Origin: Vulcanimicrobiota bacterium
GTDB taxonomy: Bacteria > Vulcanimicrobiota > Vulcanimicrobiia > Vulcanimicrobiales > Vulcanimicrobiaceae
DNA length: 64,000 nucleotides
Direction of reading: 5' to 3'
Assembly (NCBI GenBank): GCA_963837195.1
Contig: CAWIMO010000006.1
Location: 526,798 to 590,797 of the forward strand
Under the pieces are notes generated by a model. It ran no database searches and was not told the DNA's origin. It was given only the letters and a program-made list of their open reading frames with translations. A program made the translations under genes and the position numbers. Positions 18,944-28,660 of the stretch are shown piece by piece (within the stretch, counting starts at the first letter, position 1; each line of letters opens with the position of its first letter).

Positions 18944-19318
18944 ATGCCCACCGCGTCTTGCATCCCGGTCATTCCAAGCGTTGATCTGGAGAGAAGTTTG
19001 CGCTTGTGGGTTGATGGCCTCGGCTTTTCGATGAGCTCAGAGACGCGCAAAGATGACAGGTTAATATTCTGCATGCTCCAAAAAGACGAGCTCCGCTTTA
19101 TGCTGAATCGGCGTGCGGGGAATCCGGTTAAACCGCAAGACTACGAAGGTATTCGACTGTATTGGGCGCCCGAGGATATATTCAAAACGAGAGAGCACCT
19201 GAAGAGCCTCGGATATTATGTCTCGGAGTTTGTAGACCGGGAGTACGGACAAACCGAGTTCGTGCTCACCGATGAAGATGGCTATTCACATTGCTTCGGT
19301 GCGCCGACTTCATCGTGA
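18944..19318 (+). CDS. VOC-family (glyoxalase/bleomycin-resistance fold) protein
   Basis: AAAGGAG SD then ATG 18944; MPTASCIPVIPSVDLERSLRLWVDGLGF...FVLTDEDGYSHCF. The track ORF starts inside the repeat and is probably too long. Confidence 0.7.
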   Translation: MPTASCIPVIPSVDLERSLRLWVDGLGFSMSSETRKDDRLIFCMLQKDELRFMLNRRAGNPVKPQDYEGIRLYWAPEDIFKTREHLKSLGYYVSEFVDREYGQTEFVLTDEDGYSHCFGAPTSS

Positions 19319-19699
19319 GTTACGACCCGGCGAACCCGCCGCTGCTCGAACCTGACGCGCCGCTGCCCGCGAAGGGCTTCGTCGTCACGACCCTACTCAT
19401 CGTAAAGAGTGTCGCGCACTCGCGCGATTACTACAAACACGTCTTCGACGCGCAAGTGATCGACGAAGACGAACCTGCGACGCTACGTCTTGCAAATACC
19501 TGGCCGCTCATCAATCGCGGCGGCGGATCCCGATCGCCTCAGCATCGCGCTGAACTTTCGCGTCGCCGACATCCACGAATGCTATAAACTGTGGAAGTCG
19601 CGCGGCGCGCATTTCCTCACCGAACCCAAAGTCCATAAGGACGACGGCTCGGCCAAACAACCGACTAATTCAACGATTTGCGGGAACGGGGGTCAATAG
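19315..19699 (+). pseudogene. Frameshifted and C-terminally truncated VOC-family paralog of the gene at 42448-42906
   Basis: Frame 1 ...ATLRLANTWPLINRGGG then frame 2 DPDRLSIALNFRVADIHECYKLWKSRGAHFLTEPK, compared with the intact IGNTWLIFNPGGG...MNLRVADIHACYELWKSRGATFLTEPK. Confidence 0.65.
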
Positions 19700-19744
19700 G
19701 ACGATTGTGACGCTGCCGGGAAACGATGGCGTCAACCCAATTAG

Positions 19745-20125
19745 GTGAGGCGTATGAGTGTAAAGCTAGGTTCCGTTGCGCATTTTTCGCTTGCTGTGCG
19801 TGATCCAGCCGCGAGCGCGAAATGGTGGACCGATAAATTCGATCTTAGCGAAGTCCGTGCGTCCGCCGACCGGGTGCTGCTCAGAAATGACGACTTCGCC
19901 CTGGCACTCTTTCGCGGCGAACCGAGTCGCAACGTCCAGGAACACATGGCCTTTAACGTTGCCGACATGGACGCGCTCACGCAAGCCGGGATCGCCCTGC
20001 TCGCAAAGGGCGTCGAACTCGAAGACGGCGAGAACGCGATCGGACCGGTGGCGCCGGGATCGACCAGCTTTGGTTTGTGGTTCCACGATCCCGACGGCTA
20101 CCGGTGGGAACTGTTCGTTAGTTAG
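19745..20125 (+). CDS. VOC-family (glyoxalase-like) protein
   Basis: VAHFSLAVRDPAASAKWWTDKFDL...EHMAFNVADMDAL...GLWFHDPDGYRWELF. Confidence 0.8.
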   Translation: MRRMSVKLGSVAHFSLAVRDPAASAKWWTDKFDLSEVRASADRVLLRNDDFALALFRGEPSRNVQEHMAFNVADMDALTQAGIALLAKGVELEDGENAIGPVAPGSTSFGLWFHDPDGYRWELFVS

Positions 20126-20468
20126 AGCTAACCGGAACGCGCGCCGTTTGCGCAGCCTTGAGAATGACGTCGGCAAGCGCCGCGATGTAGACCAGCCCAA
20201 TTACGCGATCGTCAGTTCCGGCGGCGGTAATGACACTGCCGCCATACGAGTGGCCGACCAGAATAGCGGGACTGTTGACGCGTCCGAGCGTGCGCTTCAC
20301 GGTGGCGACGTCGTCCTCGTTGGTATCGAGGCCATATTGCGCCGCGATTACTTCATAACCCGCAGCTTGCAGCGGGGGAATGACCTTGCTAAAGCTTGAG
20401 CCGTCAGCCCAAATTCCGTGGCAAAAAACGATACTCGGCGCCGGTCTGTCTTGCGCTCGCCCGGCCAA
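20118..20468 (-). pseudogene. alpha/beta hydrolase, N-terminal ~95 aa only (truncated)
   Basis: IVFCHGIWADGSSFSKVIPPLQAAGYEVIA...LVGHSYGGSVIT (nucleophile elbow), then ends after YIAALA with an unrelated tail. Confidence 0.6.
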
Positions 20469-20487
20469 GAACCGATACTCCTAGATA

Positions 20488-21015
20488 GTGAGTATCAAGA
20501 GCGTCCGTCTACAGCAGAACTCCGGCGATCCGGGGACGCCTATGCAGCTCGCCGGGCGCGGCGCATCGGCAACCGTTTCCGAGACGATCCTCGAGCCCTC
20601 GGCAAACGCGCTCACGCCCTCCGACATCGCGCTGATCAGTGCGGCGACCGGCGCCCAGTTCCAATCGACGCCGCAAGGCCTGCAGATGGTGCAGTGGTAC
20701 AGCCCTGGCGTTCCAATAAACGGCGACGACTACGTGAACGCGCTCTCGGTGGTGAAGGAAGATTTGAAAAAGCACGGCGACTTTGCCTCGCCGACCGCAG
20801 CGAGTTCGCTGGCGCTGGGCGAAGCCGAGTTTCGATACGCGCAGAACTTCGCGCATGCGATTGTTTCGACGCGTAAGGCGATCGGTCCGGACAAACCGAT
20901 CACGCCCACGATGGTCATCGACGCGGCAAAGCAAGCCAATACGAACGGTACAACCGTCCCGGAAGCCTACGTCGCCAATGCGATCGGCTATCTCAACGGC
21001 ATCGCGCTAGGCTAA
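20488..21015 (+). CDS. Hypothetical protein
   Basis: ORF with normal composition; no recognisable motif. Confidence 0.45.
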   Translation: MSIKSVRLQQNSGDPGTPMQLAGRGASATVSETILEPSANALTPSDIALISAATGAQFQSTPQGLQMVQWYSPGVPINGDDYVNALSVVKEDLKKHGDFASPTAASSLALGEAEFRYAQNFAHAIVSTRKAIGPDKPITPTMVIDAAKQANTNGTTVPEAYVANAIGYLNGIALG

Positions 21016-21471
21016 CTGCTTCTCCATGAAATAACTGGTTTTGATCGCGCTCGCGGGGAGCGATGCGTAGGGTTCGAACGCGCGGCACGGCATGAAGCCG
21101 CGGCGACGATAAAAGCCAATCGCGGCGGGCTGGTGGACGCCCGTCTCCAATCGCACCAGGCGCAATCCGGCGTTGTGCGCTTCCCGTTCAAGCCGCTCGA
21201 TGAGCGCGTCGGCCACGCCCGCGCCACGCGCCGACGCGCGCACGTACATGCGCTTGAGCTCGGCGAACTCATCGAAACAGGCAACGCCGCCGCAGCCGAC
21301 GGCTTCCCCGTCCAACCGTGCGACGAAAAACCGCACCGGCGGCTTGAAGATCGCGTCGATCGTAAGCCCGTGGCGCTGGTCGGGCAAATACGTGCCGGCC
21401 AGTTCCGCGTCGAGCTCGCCGATCAACACCCGCACCTCGTCGTCCGGCGCATGGACCTGTTCGATTACCAT
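21007..21471 (-). CDS. GNAT-family N-acetyltransferase
   Basis: ELKRMYVRASARGAGVADALIERLEREAHNAGLRLVRLETG...AIGFYRRRGF. Confidence 0.85.
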   Translation of the reverse strand: MVIEQVHAPDDEVRVLIGELDAELAGTYLPDQRHGLTIDAIFKPPVRFFVARLDGEAVGCGGVACFDEFAELKRMYVRASARGAGVADALIERLEREAHNAGLRLVRLETGVHQPAAIGFYRRRGFMPCRAFEPYASLPASAIKTSYFMEKQLA

Positions 21472-21530
21472 CGTCTAGCGTTACTGCACAATACAAGGGT
21501 ACCCTCCCGAGCACCAATAAGTACGCATGC

Positions 21531-22040
21531 ATGCAACTCCTTGCGCTCTCGCTGCTCTTGGCCGTACAAACGCCGGCGCCGGTGCCGCAGTTGGCGCTCG
21601 TCGTCGGAAGAACGGCGCAGCCGGTCATGCAGCCGAGCTTCGAGCGCTTCGCGAACGACGCTGCAACGCGATTCGCAAGCCGGTTTTCCGTCGTCGCCGT
21701 ACCCATGCCGGGCAGCGAGCGTCCGCAACACGTCAATCCTACACTCTGCAACTCGCTGGGCGTCGTGGGATTTCTCGCGCCCGCGCGGCATTGGCACACA
21801 ACGCCAACGGCCGTCATTGCCACGGTGCGGCTGGTTGTCCTTGACTGCGCCGGCAATCGCTTCTTCGACGACTCGGCCGAATTTATGGAACCGCGCAACG
21901 AAGCCACGATCCCGCAGCAGCAAATTGAGTCGGCCGCATCCGGCGCGACGGCCGTGGTCTTAGCAAAATTCTCGCAGTTCGTGAGCAATCATCAGCTGCT
22001 TTGGTCGCGCCTTCTCCAGACGGGGTCGTTGCGCGAGTGA
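21531..22040 (+). CDS. Secreted hypothetical protein
   Basis: N-terminal hydrophobic signal MQLLALSLLLAVQTPAP. Confidence 0.5.
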   Translation: MQLLALSLLLAVQTPAPVPQLALVVGRTAQPVMQPSFERFANDAATRFASRFSVVAVPMPGSERPQHVNPTLCNSLGVVGFLAPARHWHTTPTAVIATVRLVVLDCAGNRFFDDSAEFMEPRNEATIPQQQIESAASGATAVVLAKFSQFVSNHQLLWSRLLQTGSLRE

Positions 22041-22447
22041 TCGCCGTTCTGCTCGGCTTCTGCCTCGGTATCGTTTCGGGGCTGCGCACGTTTACGCCGC
22101 TCGCCGCGGTGTTCATCCGGCGCGGCGGCATGTGGGCCATCATTCTTTCAATCGCCGCCGTCGCGGAATACGTCATAGATCTATTGCCAAACACGGCTCC
22201 GCGTACGGGACCCGTCGGACTGACCGGCCGCATCGTCAGCGGCGCAATTGGCGGCTGGCTCATTACCACGATGCACGGCGGACCAGGAATCTCCGGCGCG
22301 GTTGCGGGCATCATCGGCGCGGTGATCGGCACGTACGCCGGTTACGCGATGCGTTGCGAGGCGATCAAACGTATCGGGCCCTATCCCGCCGGAATTGTGG
22401 GCGATCTCATTGCCATCGGCCTTGCCGCGCTTGTCGTAACCCGGTAG
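22037..22447 (+). CDS. DUF4126-like integral membrane protein
   Basis: GTGA overlap with the upstream stop; GLRTFTPLAAV...AEYVIDLLPNTAPRTGP...RIVSGAIGG. Confidence 0.65.
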   Translation: MIAVLLGFCLGIVSGLRTFTPLAAVFIRRGGMWAIILSIAAVAEYVIDLLPNTAPRTGPVGLTGRIVSGAIGGWLITTMHGGPGISGAVAGIIGAVIGTYAGYAMRCEAIKRIGPYPAGIVGDLIAIGLAALVVTR

Positions 22448-22450
22448 GCC

Positions 22451-22489
22451 GTTTGTCATCCCGAGCGTAGCGAAGCGTAGTCGAGGGAC
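22451..22489 (+). repeat. Dispersed repeat unit (canonical)
   Basis: gtttgtcatcccgagcgtagcgaagcgtagtcgagggac. Confidence 0.85.
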
Positions 22490-22538
22490 GGGGACCGCCT
22501 CGACGGTGCCGAAGTCCATCGCCATCGGAGGTGTCTCT

Positions 22539-23096
22539 ATGCGCTCTTCTGTTCTTGTGCTGCTTTTTGCATCGATGACAATGCTGGCGGCCGCGCCCGC
22601 GTCGGCCGACTCCACCAGCGATATGGTCGCCATGATGCAAACCTTTGGCGCAGTCCACTCGTACCACGCCGACATCATCACGTCCCGGGGCACGATGAGC
22701 ATGGACGTGGTCCAACCCAATAAAATGCACATGACGATGGGCGGCCGGATGCAAATGATCAGGATCGGCGACGACATGTGGGTGAACACGACCGGTCAAT
22801 GGCAACACATACCGCCGATGGGTGGCGCGATGATGCAGCAACCGATGGACATGGCGCGCGGCGCCGGGATGCACGGCACTAGCCCCAGCGACTACACGAT
22901 CACCGATCTTGGTGCGGCCATGCTCGACGGGGTGCCGACGCACAAGTACCACATGACGGGCAAGACCGGCGATACGGTCGACATGTGGGTTTCGAAGAAT
23001 CTCCCGGTTCAGGTGCAAGCGACGGGCAAAAGCGGAACCGCGACGATCAAGTATTCGCAATACAATAGCGTCCCCGACATCACGCCGCCGGCGTAA
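22539..23096 (+). CDS. Methionine-rich secreted protein
   Basis: GGAGG SD; signal peptide MRSSVLVLLFASMTMLAAAPASA; Met clusters MHMTMGGRMQMI and PPMGGAMMQQPMDMARGAGMHG. Confidence 0.65.
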   Translation: MRSSVLVLLFASMTMLAAAPASADSTSDMVAMMQTFGAVHSYHADIITSRGTMSMDVVQPNKMHMTMGGRMQMIRIGDDMWVNTTGQWQHIPPMGGAMMQQPMDMARGAGMHGTSPSDYTITDLGAAMLDGVPTHKYHMTGKTGDTVDMWVSKNLPVQVQATGKSGTATIKYSQYNSVPDITPPA

Positions 23097-23832
23097 TCAG
23101 AAACTGCGCGACGCGCTCGACGACGGTCGGGTCCTTGAGGATGCGCATATGTCCCAGGCCACCGACGGTGAGAAACTCGCTTCCGCGCCAGGCGGCCGCA
23201 ACGCGGCGCGCGCCTTCGATCTTGCACGTGCGGTCATCGATCGAATGGACGATCAGCGCCGGAATGTCGAAGGCCGACGCCGTCTCCGGTAAAACCAGCG
23301 ACGCGACGTCCACGCCGCGCGCGCGAAGCGTGTCGATCAGGTGTTCAGGATCGACGCCTTCTTCTTGCGCGAACCAGCGCACATAGCGCTCCCATCGCTC
23401 GGGCGTTGCAATGAGGGCGACGCGCTCCACGCGCAAGTCGGTCCGCATCGCGATGGCAATCGACGGACAGCCGCCCGAATGACCGATCGCCCCGGCCAGT
23501 GGTCCGATGTGCGCGCCGAGTTCCGCGATCGCGCCACCGCAATCGAGCGGCGAGGCGGTGACGCCGCCGCTTTCGCCGTGCGCAGGGAGATCGAGGCTCA
23601 CCACCCGCGCGCCGCGCGCCAGCAGCGGCGCGGCGAAGGCATCCATCTGCGCGTGCCATCCTTCCCATCCATGCACGAGCAGCACCGCCGGGCCCGAACC
23701 GCTGCTCCAATACGCGATCGAACCGTAGCGCGTCTCGAGCGTTTCGCGCGCCTCCCATTGCACGGTCGACGCCGCCGGCTCGCCGCGCGACGGCGTGAGT
23801 AAAGCGTCGGCGATGCGTTCGAGTTCGAGCAT
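23080..23832 (-). CDS. alpha/beta hydrolase
   Basis: VLLVHGWEGWHAQMDAF...LDLPAHGESGG...GHSGGC. Start taken at the internal ATG that overlaps the upstream stop (TGATG). Confidence 0.75.
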   Translation of the reverse strand: MLELERIADALLTPSRGEPAASTVQWEARETLETRYGSIAYWSSGSGPAVLLVHGWEGWHAQMDAFAAPLLARGARVVSLDLPAHGESGGVTASPLDCGGAIAELGAHIGPLAGAIGHSGGCPSIAIAMRTDLRVERVALIATPERWERYVRWFAQEEGVDPEHLIDTLRARGVDVASLVLPETASAFDIPALIVHSIDDRTCKIEGARRVAAAWRGSEFLTVGGLGHMRILKDPTVVERVAQFLITPAA

Positions 23833-23963
23833 CAGCTTTGCACGAAGGTCAGCACGGTCTTGGCGCGCCCGTCGCCCGCAACGATGCATTGGCGCTTCTC
23901 GGGATCGGATTCATTCCACATGCCAATGCACGTGTCGACCAGCCTTTGCGGATCAATGCTCAT
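23832..23963 (-). CDS. Short ORF resembling the N-terminus of SnoaL/NTF2-like proteins (possible fragment)
   Basis: MSIDPQRLVDTCIGMWNESDPEKRQ... is typical of the first helix of NTF2-like proteins, but only 43 aa. Confidence 0.3.
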   Translation of the reverse strand: MSIDPQRLVDTCIGMWNESDPEKRQCIVAGDGRAKTVLTFVQS

Positions 23964-24022
23964 CGTTGACCGCCTTCCCCAGCCCGAGACATGTTTTCCC
24001 TGGGATTGGGTTGCGTTCAAGC

Positions 24023-24061
24023 CTTTGTCATCCCGAGCGTAGTGAAGCGTAGTCGAGGGAC
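24023..24061 (+). repeat. Dispersed repeat unit
   Basis: ctttgtcatcccgagcgtagtgaagcgtagtcgagggac. Confidence 0.85.
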
Positions 24062-24093
24062 CGCTTCAAGGGTGGCGAACCCGCGTAGTCGAT

Positions 24094-25323
24094 TTGCTCT
24101 GGAATGCCTTCGACCACCCTAACCTCGCGCGCGCGCTTCTCACCCGTGGACATTACGACGGAGCACTAACCGCGTGCGAGATGGGTTTACGGCAAAGGCC
24201 GGAATCAGCCGAGTTACAGGTTTTGCTGGCACGCGCCTACGATGGCCTCGGACGCCCGAGCGACGCGCTCGCGGCCTGCGACCGCGCGCTCGCACTCAAA
24301 GACGAGGGTCCGTCGGCGCTCGAGGCGCGCATATGGCAAGCATTGATTCTCTTCGACGCTGGCGAGGCCGCGCAAGCCTTTGCAATGGCTGAACGTGCGT
24401 GGAATCTTGCGCCGGACAACATCTACGTTCATACCCTGATCGGCAACTTGTTCGCATGGAGCGGGAATCTCGCGCCCGCGCTCGGCCACGTCGAGTGGAA
24501 TTGGGTCGACGAATTGAGCTCGTGCCTCAAACGCTTCGACGGCAAGGCATCGTGGGACGGCGGCGACCTCACCGGCAAACGCGTGCTCGTCGTACATCAG
24601 CAAGGTTTCGGCGACATGTTGCAGATGGCACGCTATCTTCCCGCGCTTCGCCGGCGAGCGGAACGCGTGATCGTGGAATGTCTTTCACCCATCGCGAACG
24701 TGATGCGGCGCATGCCCGGCGTCGACGAGGTCAGCGAACACAAGGCCGCCGATCCGGCGAGCTACGATGCCTACGTGCGCCTGATGACGCTTCCTCGCGT
24801 GCTCGGCATCGACGCCGGTATCGCCGCGCCATACCTTGTGCCCGACGCCGATCGTCGCTCGCATTGGAAAGCGCAGTTGAGCGGATATGACGGCTACCGC
24901 GTGGGCTTAGCATGGGGCGGAAGCCGTTCGCACGCATTGGATTTCGCGCGCTCGATATCGCCGAAGCTCTTCGCGCCGCTCGGCGGCGTCGCGAACGCCC
25001 GCTATTTCTCGTTGATGACGAATCCGGGCGCCGACCTCGGCTTCGAGACCGTCCGCATCGGTGAAACCTTCGGCGACTTCGAAGACGCAGCTGCCGCCAT
25101 CGCGCAGCTCGATCTCGTGATCGCCGTTGATACGGCGTACGCGCATCTCGCCGGTGCGCTTGGCGTCCCGGTGTGGACCATGTTGCCACGCCGTCCCGAC
25201 TGGCGTTGGTTCGGGAACAGTGAAGACACGCCGTGGTACCCGTCGATGCGCTTATTCCGCGCGCGCGAACCGGGTTGGAGCGCGGTGATCGAACGCATCG
25301 CCGCCGCGCTGTCGCGTGTTTAG
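24094..25323 (+). CDS. TPR-repeat protein with C-terminal GT9-like (heptosyltransferase-fold) glycosyltransferase domain
   Basis: N-terminal TPR-like helices; KRVLVVHQQGFGDMLQMARYLP...GLAWGGS...DLVIAVDTAYAHLAGALGVPVWTML. Confidence 0.7.
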   Translation: MLWNAFDHPNLARALLTRGHYDGALTACEMGLRQRPESAELQVLLARAYDGLGRPSDALAACDRALALKDEGPSALEARIWQALILFDAGEAAQAFAMAERAWNLAPDNIYVHTLIGNLFAWSGNLAPALGHVEWNWVDELSSCLKRFDGKASWDGGDLTGKRVLVVHQQGFGDMLQMARYLPALRRRAERVIVECLSPIANVMRRMPGVDEVSEHKAADPASYDAYVRLMTLPRVLGIDAGIAAPYLVPDADRRSHWKAQLSGYDGYRVGLAWGGSRSHALDFARSISPKLFAPLGGVANARYFSLMTNPGADLGFETVRIGETFGDFEDAAAAIAQLDLVIAVDTAYAHLAGALGVPVWTMLPRRPDWRWFGNSEDTPWYPSMRLFRAREPGWSAVIERIAAALSRV

Positions 25324-25527
25324 GGCGCGCTCGACCCCAGCGCGGTGCCCAGCGATCCGTTGGACGCCGCGTTAGAACCAGTGCCGGCGCCGCGGCTACC
25401 TGCTTCGCATTCCGTCCGGCGCCATCGCAACCTTGCAGAAGCAACAGCGACAACCCGAGACCGGCACCTGCGAACATTCGCATGTACACACGGTAGCGTT
25501 GCGGCCTGACAACCATTTGACGCGGAG

Positions 25528-27806
25528 CTACGTTCCGGCTGCTGACCCCAAGCGAAAGACGTATTTGACGATGAGCCGGTTGAGCTGGACGTTGGCCGAC
25601 GGCGAACCGTAGTTGATGTAGATGTCGCCGTCGTTCGTGCGGGTGTGAAACCCGAAGGCGAGATTGTTGCCGGGCTCGGTGACGAAGCCGCCCAAGCCGT
25701 TGATGCCGCGCAAACCGATCGAGATATTCGTCGACGCGTTGATGTTGTAGCCGACCGACATGCGGCGCAGCCACTGGGAGGAAAGGATGCCGGTCATAAG
25801 ATTGCGTTCGTAGGTGCCATCGTACTCGAGACCGAGCGTGACTTTGCGGCCGATCGGGCGCGACGTGGTCGAGGTGTAATAGTGCACCCAGTTCCGCCGA
25901 GGCTGCCCCAGTTCGCGGCCACGTCGATCGGCGTCGGGCTGCCATCGCGATAGCCGATTGGGATGGCCATAAGGTTGTACGGCACATCGGTGCCCTGCAG
26001 GTAGCACGAAAATCCGGTGAACGATGACGTGCCGACGAACGGGTTGGCGCTCGAAAGCGCACAGTTCGTCGGGGTGTAGGGAATCGAATACTGGCGCAAC
26101 AGGCTGACCGTCGGGCCGATGCCGTCGAACGAGAAGAGGTTGTGAAAGACTGCGCTGAGATAGGCGCCGGTGTCGGCTTCGTGAATCGCGCCGCTTTGGT
26201 CGTGAAAGCGATCGCCGACAAAGAACAGGGTCCAACTCTTGACGCCCGGCGCTGTGCCGTTGAAGTCCATGAAACCTTCAGGCCGCGGATGTCGGAATTT
26301 TCGGTGTAGCCGTCGATCGATCGTAGTTCGGACTGATGTCGACGTAGCCGAGGTTGATTTCGTAGTTGTTCTGATGTTCGTCGATGAAGCCGTTGGCGGA
26401 ATGGGCGGTGCCTTGCGGCACCCACGAGCCGTGCTCGATCGCGTAGTTGAATTGGTAGACGATCTTGGTGTGCAGGTTGCGGCCCTTGAAGCCCGCTTCC
26501 ACCGTGTCGTCGTCGCCGTTGATGCTGTGGTGCGCGAACACGCCGTCCACGTAATACTGCAGCGCTTCATTTTGCGTCGCGTGCTTCCACCCAAAGGCCT
26601 GATCGTTGAACGTCTCACCCGTTTCCGCATTGTAACCTGAAATGTGAGCACGCCGAAGCTCTGCTGGCCATAGACGCCCTCGATCTTCGCGCCGCTGTCG
26701 AACGGTCCGACGCTGGGTGAATAGAATACTTCGTTCGGATAGCTGATGTAGTTCGAGTAGCCGTTGGGGTTGGGATCGAGATATTGCGCACCTTGCGCGA
26801 AGAACGGGCGGTACTCGATGAGCTGGCGTTGGAATTCTTGCGGCGCGATCGTCTGCTGATCGATCTCGACGTTGGAGAAGTCGGGATTGAGCGTGCCGAC
26901 CAGATTGATCGTCGATGTCACCGGCACGCTCACGTCGGCGCCGTAGTAGCGCGTTGGTTGCGGATAAAACGTGCCGTCGGCCTGTTCGTAATCGGAACGG
27001 TCCTCGCCGCTGCTCGAGAGCGCGTACACCTCGAGGCGTGGCTCCGGGCGCGCCGAGTTGCTTTTTGCCAGCGCGATGGTGACGCTGGGCCAAAAGCGCA
27101 GATCGTTGAACGACGGCCAGTTCCCCGCGCCGGCGTCGGGCATGAGCCCATCGAATGCCCACGTATAATGTTCGGCCGTCGCCGCGACGCCGCGAAAAAA
27201 CCCGATGCGCCACACGTTCGAACCGCCGTGGATGCGCATCGACGAGAGCGGGATGATCATAACGGCGCGCCACTCGCCGTCCACCACTTTGCCGGCCGCT
27301 TTCCAGTCGGGGCGATAGCGCACGTTTTCCGTCGCCTGCTGATAGCGCACGCCGCGCGGCGTCGTCTCGAACAGATACGCTTGCGACCCCGCGCCGCTGG
27401 TGTCGACGCCGACGGCCACGAAGTCGTCGGTGCCGAAGCCGACGTCGTTGGTCGTTTGGGTCGCGACGATCGGCGCTCTTTGCGGCGCGACGAACGCGAC
27501 GTAGAGATTCACGTCGTCGTATAAAAAGTAGGCGGTGGTGACGTCGGGGGCATTGCCGCGCGTGGTCACGTCCTTCCAGACGTCGCCATCGGGTACTTTG
27601 CCGAGTTGCCAGGCCGGGTCCGCCAGGCTCGGATCCAACGCCATGGGATGGGGCGCTCGCACGGCCGGAAACGAAAAGGCCGGCGTGACGGCCGCCTGCG
27701 CACGCGTGGAAAAACCCGCGAGTGCAAGGAGTGAACCACAGACTGCCAAGAGGAGCGCCCGCATTCTGGTCCGAGCATGGCCCCTAGTGAATGGATGCGT
27801 CCTCAA
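25528..27806 (-). pseudogene. Large secreted/outer-membrane-type protein (CBM9/DUF5916-like N-terminus, beta-rich C-terminus) broken by at least 4 frameshifts
   Basis: The protein-like reading jumps between four track ORFs: ...GVLTFQ | SGYNAETGETFNDQAFGWKH... | IDGYTENSDIRGLK | GFMDFNGTAPGVKSW... | NWVHYYTSTTSRPIG...KYVFRLGSAAGT*. The shifts are near 26640, 26320, 26280 and 25897. Confidence 0.75.
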
Positions 27807-27837
27807 TTGTGAATCAAAGATTTCTTTGAGCGCGCCC

Positions 27838-27906
27838 CTTTGTCATCCCGAGCGCAGCGCCCCTTGTCATCCGGAGCGTAGGCGCGCAGCGCCGTAGTCG
27901 AGGGAC
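27838..27906 (+). repeat. Two units of the dispersed repeat family
   Basis: ctttgtcatcccgagcgcagcgcc + ccttgtcatccggagcgtaggcgcgcagcgccgtagtcgagggac. Confidence 0.85.
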
Positions 27907-28002
27907 TGCATAGCCCAAGTTTGATGGCGGTTTGAACGCGATAGCGGGAACACGGCGCTAGAATGATCTCACCGGAGACACCTTCACAACCGGGAGATCC
28001 AT

Positions 28003-28473
28003 ATGCGGCAGATCACCAAATATATCATCGCGCTCACGATCGGCGGCGCCCTTACGGCAGCGGTCGCTATCGCCGGCGCAACGGGACCGACGCAGCAGAG
28101 TGCCCTCGCGGCAGATGAAAGCATCTCGCACGCGCTCCTCGCCAACGATACGAAGGCGTTACGCGGTCTTCTCGCCCCCGATTGGATCATCGTCTCCGCG
28201 AAAGGCGGCTACGACGGCCGCGACGACATTCTCAAAGCAATCGACGACGGCGTGTGGACGCACACGCAGGCGACGACGTCGAGTCCACGCGTGCGCATCT
28301 ACGGCACGACCGCGCTCGTGACCGAGCACGCAACCGTGAGCGGCATGTCGCACGGTAAGCCGTACACCAACATTCAGGAATGCCAAACCGACGTGCTGGT
28401 GTGGAAGGACGGCGCTTGGGTTTCGGAGCTCCTGCACGAGTCATACAGCACCCGCGAAAAGACGAACTGTTAG
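28003..28473 (+). CDS. Secreted SnoaL/DUF4440-like (NTF2 fold) protein
   Basis: Signal/TM at the N-terminus; LLANDTKALRGLLAPDWIIVSAKG...VLVWKDGAWV. Confidence 0.65.
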   Translation: MRQITKYIIALTIGGALTAAVAIAGATGPTQQSALAADESISHALLANDTKALRGLLAPDWIIVSAKGGYDGRDDILKAIDDGVWTHTQATTSSPRVRIYGTTALVTEHATVSGMSHGKPYTNIQECQTDVLVWKDGAWVSELLHESYSTREKTNC

Positions 28474-28477
28474 CGCA

Positions 28478-28546
28478 ATTTGTCATCCCGAGCGTAGCGC
28501 CGCTCGACTTTGTCATCCCGAGCGTAGCGAAGCGTAGTCGAGGGAC
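28478..28546 (+). repeat. Two units of the dispersed repeat family
   Basis: atttgtcatcccgagcgtagcgccgctcgac + tttgtcatcccgagcgtagcgaagcgtagtcgagggac. Confidence 0.85.
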
Positions 28547-28660
28547 AACAGTCGTCATACCGAAGTTGCGAGCGCGAAGCGCCTTCGACACCGGTGAGCC
28601 TTTTGGCACGGGTTGTGGGCTCCAGTAAACAACACTATGCTGGAGCGAGAGAACACTGCA

